DNA of 5,012 nt from Octopus sinensis. Its lineage: Eukaryota. The notes beneath the pieces are model-generated. The model worked only from the letters and a program-made list of their open reading frames with translations, did not search any database and was not told the origin of the DNA. This document shows positions 1-5,012 of this stretch, one piece after another (positions within the stretch are counted from its first letter, which is position 1; each line of letters starts with the position of its first letter). The stretch is taken from the NCBI RefSeq assembly GCF_006345805.1, contig NW_021830207.1, positions 1 through 5,012 on the forward strand. Reading direction: 5' to 3'. A program made the translations under genes and the position numbers.

Positions 1-395
1 TTCAATTTAGTAGTGAACGAAAGAATGAAGAGAAAGATGACATAAAAATAAAGAGGCAAATAATACCGAGCAAAATAACAAGACATGGGAGATGGCCTAG
101 ATGAAAAGCCTTGTCCATTAGTCAGATTTGACCGAGGCCCCAGGTTGATGGTAATGATTGAGGTCCAGGTCAGGATTTTATTGTCTCATCCGTTGGCGCA
201 TATTCTAAATCCGAGCATATGTCAGAATGTCAACGGAGAAAGGGTGATTTTATTCGGAGGGATCGTTTGCTTGAAGTTTACCCTGCAGCACAGGTCACAA
301 GGAAAGTGTTAGCAACAATACATATCGTGACTGATTCTGGTGTTGCTGCCCAACATACAATATAGTGGCTCCAAACAATAAAGAAGAATATATCG

Positions 396-600
396 GTGTA
401 TGTGTGTGAGTTGGTGGGTGGGTGCGCGTGTGTGGTATGCATGTCTTTGTGCATCTATTTGTACGTGTGTGTGTATGTGTGTGTGCGTGCGTGTATGAGT
501 GTGTGCGTTGTGTATGGATATATATATATATATATATGAGTGTGTTTGTATCTATACATGTATATATAGGTGTATGTACGTCTATACATGTATGTATATG

Positions 601-641
<41 letters not shown>

Positions 642-800
642 TGTATATATATATATATATATAAGTGTATATGTACCCAAATAGATAGATAGATAGGTAG
701 ATAGTTATATAGATAAATAAATAGATATGTGCATCTATGTGTATAGATAAACAGTCATATATCAACACACACACATACACATACACATAATAACACACAT
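396..800. repeat. Compound microsatellite: degenerate (GT)n, three (TA)n runs, degenerate (GATA)n, degenerate (CA)n
   Basis: Read directly: GT-rich 396-515; (AT)10 at 518-537; (AT)15 at 609-638; (TA)10 at 644-663; GATA-like units 681-727; CA-rich 764-800. This explains the low-complexity ORFs 295..798(-) and 422..640(+). Confidence 0.97.
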
Positions 801-936
801 AAATATATTAATATGTATGTTGCTAGTTTCTTTTTAAAGTTTATTTTGAAATATTCATAAGTTTATAAATAAATCCCTCATAAATCGAATATCCATGTAT
901 GAAACTCAGAAAGTAGAAATGCAACAATCGATTGTT

Positions 937-1108
937 GGGTTTTGTAATATAAATCAAATTAAAGAGACGGGGTTGCTCAATTATATCGATCTAGGTAATT
1001 GATTGGTACAGTTGATCTTGACACAAGTTTTAATCAGATTTCGAAGAACCAAACACAATAATGTAATGCATTTTCCCCGACACTAATGAATCTGTCACCC
1101 CCACCACC
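937..1108 (-). mobile_element. Old, internally deleted tRNA-derived SINE copy (family 1, copy D)
   Basis: 969-1020 (ggggttgctcaattatatcgatctaggtaattgattggtac) aligns with 3178-3217 (agttaagtccattacatcgaccccagtgctcaaccggtac). 1068-1108 (gcattttccccgacactaatgaatctgtcacccccaccacc) aligns with 3067-3108 (gcattttgcacatcatgccaatgaatctctcatctcaccgtc). The middle is shorter than in the other copies. Boundaries are approximate. Confidence 0.65.
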
Positions 1109-1122
1109 CTAAAAGGGAAACA

Positions 1123-1310
1123 GGTACAAGTTTTGAAAATTGAGCGAATAGGGTTCATTTTTTAGATCGATCTCAGTTATTTACCAGTTCTTCATTTTAT
1201 CGATCTTGTGATGATAAATTGAAAAGATGTTCTTACTTGGATTTGAACTCCGAGTCTAATGAGATTGTAACTAAACGTGTTGGCCGATCTTCTAACGATT
1301 TTGCCAAATC
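1123..1310 (-). mobile_element. Old tRNA-derived SINE copy (family 1, copy C)
   Basis: Shares ordered blocks with the copies at 2893-3347: atcgatctcagt, cattttatcga, atttgaactc, ctaacgattttgcca. On the minus strand it has an A-box-like TGGCAAAATCG (1306-1296) and a B box GTTCAAATCC (1248-1239) that fits GTTCRANNC. Confidence 0.8.
1239..1306 (-). promoter_or_regulatory. Internal RNA polymerase III A/B boxes of SINE copy C
   Basis: A-box-like TGGCAAAATCG and a canonical B box GTTCAAATCC, in the right order on the minus strand. Whether it is active is unknown. Confidence 0.5.
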
Positions 1311-1369
1311 CAGAAACTCAAATATTACCTGTTGTTATGAAAACAAGTTCTGAAATATGAAGGAAAGGT

Positions 1370-1467
1370 GTATTGCATCGACCCCAATATTTCACAGATT
1401 TTAACTATTAAATATTCTATCGGTATTTTTTGCCGAACCGTTAAACTACAGAAATGTAAACATCCAG
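1370..1467 (-). mobile_element. 3' fragment of a second SINE family (family 2), inverted relative to the copy at 1640-1953
   Basis: 1405-1462 is the reverse complement of 1793-1850 at 54/58 positions. It also carries the ATCGACCCCA tail motif (1377-1386) seen in the family-1 copies. Confidence 0.75.
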
Positions 1468-1679
1468 AGGCCTATGTCCGTATATATCACGTAAAGCTAG
1501 ATATGGGAGCGATGACCTCCCTTGCAACTGCTTTACGGACACAAACTGTGTGTCGATAGCCAACTGGAAAATATGTTTACCTGGGGCTAAAACAGCAGTA
1601 ACATCGTCCTTTAATAGGAATGCCACATTCCGTTGGCACATAAGCATCACTATATATATACATACATGTGTGTGTGTGT

Positions 1680-1727
<48 letters not shown>

Positions 1728-1850
1728 GGAGTGTGTGTGTCTTTGTGTTTGTGCTTGTCTCTCACCACCAACGCTTGAAACCCGTGTTGCTGTGTTTACA
1801 TCTCTGTAACTTAACGGTTCGGCAAAAGATACCGATAGAATATTTAATAG
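1405..1850. repeat. Inverted repeat: 58-bp arms at 1405-1462 and 1793-1850, 330-nt spacer
   Basis: Left arm ctattaaatattctatcggtattttttgccgaaccgttaaactacagaaatgtaaaca versus reverse complement of the right arm ctattaaatattctatcggtatcttttgccgaaccgttaagttacagagatgtaaaca: 4 mismatches. Confidence 0.95.
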
Positions 1851-1950
1851 GCTTCAAAACATTGTGTTGTGATCCATCTGTTCGATTAAAACTCTTCATG
1901 GCGCTGGCCCATTATGGCAGTTATATGACTGAAAAATGTAAAGGCAAATG

Positions 1951-1953
<3 letters not shown>
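1640..1953 (+). mobile_element. 5'-truncated or decayed family-2 SINE with an internal (TA)/(GT) microsatellite
   Basis: Homology to 1405-1462 is visible in the window. The order microsatellite, tgtgtttac..gtaacttaacggttcggcaaaaga..ccgatagaata, then tgactgaaa..gtaaa A-rich end matches my recollection of a very abundant Octopus SINE (recall, not a database hit). I could not recognise the tRNA-like head. Confidence 0.7.
1667..1740. repeat. (GT)n microsatellite: (TG)7 plus (GT)22, then a short (GT)5
   Basis: Read directly; it lies inside the family-2 SINE. Confidence 0.98.
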
Positions 1954-1954
<1 letters not shown>

Positions 1955-1982
<28 letters not shown>

Positions 1983-2035
1983 ACACACATATACCTGTGT
2001 ATAAGTATAGGTATTAATGTACACATATATGTACA
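1955..2035. repeat. (TA)14 followed by degenerate TA/CA/TG alternating sequence
   Basis: Perfect (TA)14 at 1955-1982, directly after the SINE 3' end. Confidence 0.95.
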
Positions 2036-2530
2036 TCACTTCGAATTGAAGAATGGCGTATATATGCGTAATAAACAATACCTTATGTAAAGAAGCGATA
2101 TTTGAACCAGATATCTGTTTTCCATTATGCATAGTTGTAAGTAGCTTATGGGTTTTGTAGCCATGAGGTAGCAGGTAATACACGGACTACTTTTCCACCA
2201 ATAATTAGCTTTATGATATTTTATTAATGAAGTATTTCTATGAAATAGTTTATATTGTTGTTGTAAATGACGATAATTACATCAAAGTAAACTTGTAATT
2301 GTTTAATTAAAGTTAGGTTTAATCTGAATAATTTTCTGGAAAAAGAAATAATATTAACACAGTAAAGTATGATATTTAAACTTACCCTTTCTCATAAATT
2401 AGGGGGTGGGGAAATGGCATATATCTAAAATATATTTCTTTTCAACATCATTCGCTCATTGTAATACAGCTTTTTCTAAAATGTATCTTCCGGAGCTCTA
2501 AGTGAAAGAAAAACGAAGGTTTGAACAAAG

Positions 2531-2540
2531 ATGACGTCAT
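2531..2540. promoter_or_regulatory. Full palindromic CRE (ATGACGTCAT), candidate CREB/ATF site
   Basis: Exact TGACGTCA at 2532-2539 in non-repetitive-looking sequence. Motif only, no functional evidence. Confidence 0.25.
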
Positions 2541-2892
2541 TGTAGTATGATGCATTCGAGTCATCGCCAGAGACGCTGCTAACATCTGGGTCACACACGT
2601 GTATTCTAAGGCTCCGTGCCAATATTTCAAGTTAAGATATTCTACAAATGCAGGTCAAAGATCGTGCGGTAAAAGATATTTCATACATTCTAATATACTT
2701 GCATACATTGGAGCTGGTGCATATAAAAATCAATAACAGTGTTTCACTTATCCATCTTCCTTTATCATTTTTTTTCTACAAATTTATCTATGGTTCCACA
2801 ACCTACCTATTTATGCAAAAAAATTTCCATCTTTCTCTCTCTCTTTGCAAGTTTTTTTTTTAATTTCTTGAACTATATGTTGTTGCATATAT

Positions 2893-3108
2893 TGGTTTCA
2901 CGAATTTTGGCACGAGGCTAGAAATTTCAGGGGATTTTGTAAGTCGATTCCATTGACCCCACTGCCGAAATGGCACTTATTTTATCGAACCCCAAAAAGA
3001 TAAAAGGCAAAGTCCACCACCACGTAATTTGAACTCAGATCGTAAGGACGAACGTAATACCACTATGCATTTTGCACATCATGCCAATGAATCTCTCATC
3101 TCACCGTC
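2893..3108 (-). mobile_element. Near full-length tRNA-derived SINE (family 1, copy A)
   Basis: Colinear with 3139-3347 over about 200 nt (aattttggca..aggc..aatttc..aagtc.att.cat.gacccca..acttattttatcga..aaag..aaagtc..aatt.gaactcaga..taa.gac). B-box-like GAGTTCAAATT on the minus strand at about 3036-3026; the A box is decayed. Confidence 0.9.
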
Positions 3109-3138
3109 TTACTCGTGCATGTATTGAGTATAATATAG

Positions 3139-3347
3139 ATTTCAAATTTTGGCATAAGGCCCGCAATTTCTGGGAAGAGTTAAGTCCATTACATCGACCC
3201 CAGTGCTCAACCGGTACTTATTTTATCGAGCCCGAAGGATTAAAAGCAAAGTCGATCTCAGAGGAATTGGAACTCAGAACATAAAGACAGACAATATGCC
3301 ACTAAATATTTTCCCCCGGTGGGCTTACGATTCTGCCATATCGCTGT
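3139..3347 (-). mobile_element. Near full-length tRNA-derived SINE (family 1, copy B), probably the least decayed copy
   Basis: Colinear with 2893-3108. Minus strand reads TGGCAGAATCG (A-box-like, 3338-3328) and GTTCCAATTCC (B-box-like with a mismatch, 3273-3263). Resembles octopus tRNA/CORE-type SINEs from recall. Confidence 0.9.
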
Positions 3348-3587
3348 GAACCAGTATATCTCGTGTTCGAACAAAAACACATAAAAAAATATAAAACCTA
3401 ATGCTTAAATTTAACCGTAACAAACAGATTAGAACTTGAGGTATGATGCTACCTGAAAGAAATTCTTTTGTGAGAAAGTCTATAAGAATTTGATGAGTAT
3501 ATAAGAAAGAACACAAATAGCAGATATATTGGATTCAGTTCCTGATGATGTGGGTAGGAAGGTCTAAAAATTTCGGATATGGATTTA

Positions 3588-3663
3588 ATACATACACACA
3601 CATACACAAACACACACACTCATACACACATACACACACATACACACACGGATGCACACACAT
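3588..3663. repeat. Degenerate (CA)n/(CACATA)n microsatellite
   Basis: Read directly. Confidence 0.97.
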
Positions 3664-4554
3664 GTGAATTATTAACTAGTTGAATTTGAATCTAAAGTCG
3701 CCGCTTAGGTGCTTGTAAATTCTATATGCAAAATATAAACTACCTCTTGTATTATAGATTGACGTGAAAATGTCTTTAGATGGGAAGTATGGCGCAATTA
3801 TTAGAAAATGCTGTCGTAGAATAGTTTCCACATAACAGTTAAACATCTATTTATGTAGTTACATTCGATTGTCATCTTCTCTCTTGAGACTGTTGGGTCA
3901 CTACTAACATAATAAAAGGGTCCCCAACCATTGCATTCTCATAAATCATTAGTTAAATTTTCTAAATATAAATAATATAACACCCACAACATTCTAACAC
4001 TAGTTACACATCTGCTTACAACTAACCTTTTAATCAACTTACATTGTTTTCAGAACCATAAAATGCAACAATAGTCAAGTTTATATGATAATAAGCCCAT
4101 GAAATGCATGACACACATTAACTATTCATACCTGAGAGTAAAGTTTTACGTGCTTGATTGAAATCGGAACAATAAAACAAATCCCACTTCAAACATTTCA
4201 GCCATTTATAATATCTTTCCTTGAGCGTTCATATTGCATACACATTTGACGTCTATCCTTCTCTATCCTGCACATATGCATCTATACCCTGGCTTCACAT
4301 TCCAAAACACATTATTATTATTCCATATCACTCCATCTACTTAAAACAAGCATCTTACTGGAGACTGTATGAAGCCCTAATGAATCTAAATCTACGACAG
4401 TTCAATTGAAGCTAGTAGGCTGATATTTTGATGTCACTAACAACCTTCTTGTAAAAGTATATTAAATATATACGCTACAATAAGTTATGAGTAATTCTTT
4501 ATTTTAATGTTAAATTGTTACTGTTATATTTGTATACATTCTTATATGCACCAG

Positions 4555-4722
4555 AATAGTTAACTTCAATGATGAAAAATCGTCGAGTCAGGGGCATGGC
4601 AAGGTCATGGGGAGTAGCATGGCAGATATGAAGTTGGGTGTATTGATCTTCATTCGATGCTCGATCTTAATTAGACGAAATTACACGACACAGTTTAGGC
4701 GGAAGAGCCTCTTCAGCCAACG
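4555..4722 (+). other. Weak candidate internal exon (168 nt, phase 2-2), product unknown
   Basis: Bounded by tatgcaccAG (4553-4554) and CG|GTGAGT (4723-4728). From this acceptor only one frame is open: IVNFNDEKSSSQGHGKVMGSSMADMKLGVLIFIRCSILIRRNYTTQFRRKSLFSQ. I do not recognise the peptide and the polypyrimidine tract is weak. Confidence 0.2.
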
Positions 4723-5012
4723 GTGAGTCTAGAATCAACCAAACTAATTAGCGGATTAGTGCAAGTTGATAGAACTCGTGATACCTCAACTTAGCTATTT
4801 GAAGGCATTATGGAGTTTTGGAACCTCAAAGTGACACCAATTGAAAGGCCGGTACTAGTAGTTCATGAACGTTTATGTATACATGCATCAATATACGTAC
4901 AGATGGGCAGATGCATTCTTGTGTGAGTTCAGTCTATACCATTATCTGCGGATTCGTTTAGAACGGCGTATTATGCATCCACAGTTAATGCTTAGTTCGA
5001 GAGAGTGCAGCA

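Noticed and set aside
295-798. 167-aa minus ORF and the overlapping 422..640 plus ORF
   Set aside because: Y/I/V/C/H/T-rich translations of microsatellite, with no coding signal.
1371-1422. Apparent chimera joining a family-1 tail (ATCGACCCCA) to a family-2 body
   Set aside because: The gap to the TATT(C/T)TATCG motif is 26 nt here, like the family-2 copy (about 25) and unlike family-1 copy B (16). A shared ancestral tail motif explains it.
1368-1951. ORFs 1368..1559, 1441..1650, 1550..1951 and 1577..1771
   Set aside because: They run through SINE fragments and (GT)n; none resembles a protein family I know.
2140-2215. Possible let-7 precursor hairpin
   Set aside because: Only short imperfect stems form on either side; there is no pre-miRNA-length duplex or star strand.
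2386-2424. 39-nt minus-strand exon (ttttAG ... GG|GTAAGT, peptide YMPFPHPLIYEK)
   Set aside because: GTAAGT is expected several times by chance at this base composition, the acceptor is weak, and nothing else supports it.
2648-2921. ORFs 2648..2863 and 2739..2921
   Set aside because: F/L/I-rich translation of T-rich sequence; no splice or homology support.
2893-3347. CRISPR-like or tRNA-gene interpretation of the repeated blocks, and ORF 3072..3284
   Set aside because: The units are about 200-nt diverged SINE copies without regular short repeats and spacers. The heads have A/B boxes but I see no cloverleaf. The ORF is antisense SINE sequence.
4021-4135. Plus-strand branch point and acceptor (ACTAAC ... 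ttgttttcAG at 4053) and minus-strand donor CAG|GTATGA near 4132
   Set aside because: Good-looking isolated splice signals, but neither has a partner site enclosing a credible open frame.
4699-5012. Plus frame with protein-like pieces between stops (LFEGIMEFWNLKVTPIERPVLVVHERL...) as a pseudogene or decayed transposase
   Set aside because: No recognisable motif, and stop spacing is compatible with random sequence. BLASTX would be needed to revive this.

Overview
AT-rich (roughly one-third GC by eye), repeat-dense eukaryotic DNA that looks intronic or intergenic. There is no recognisable protein-coding gene, RNA gene, operon or CRISPR array. All supplied ORFs are short; the longest are translations of (TA)n/(GT)n/(CA)n microsatellites or run through SINE copies. 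The window holds (i) four compound microsatellite tracts; (ii) four decayed copies of one tRNA-derived SINE family, all on the minus strand and arranged as two head-to-tail pairs (about 937-1310 and 2893-3347); (iii) two oppositely oriented pieces of a second SINE family that form a 58-bp inverted repeat with 54/58 identity (1405-1462 / 1793-1850). From memory, these SINEs resemble the abundant Octopus tRNA/CORE-type SINEs, so an octopod genome is likely, but I could not verify this. I found no convincing new biological system. The best leads are the unusually well-preserved inverted repeat (possible dsRNA/ADAR substrate or gene-conversion tract), the possible dimeric SINE, an extended let-7-like match at 2164-2185, and a weak exon candidate at 4555-4722.
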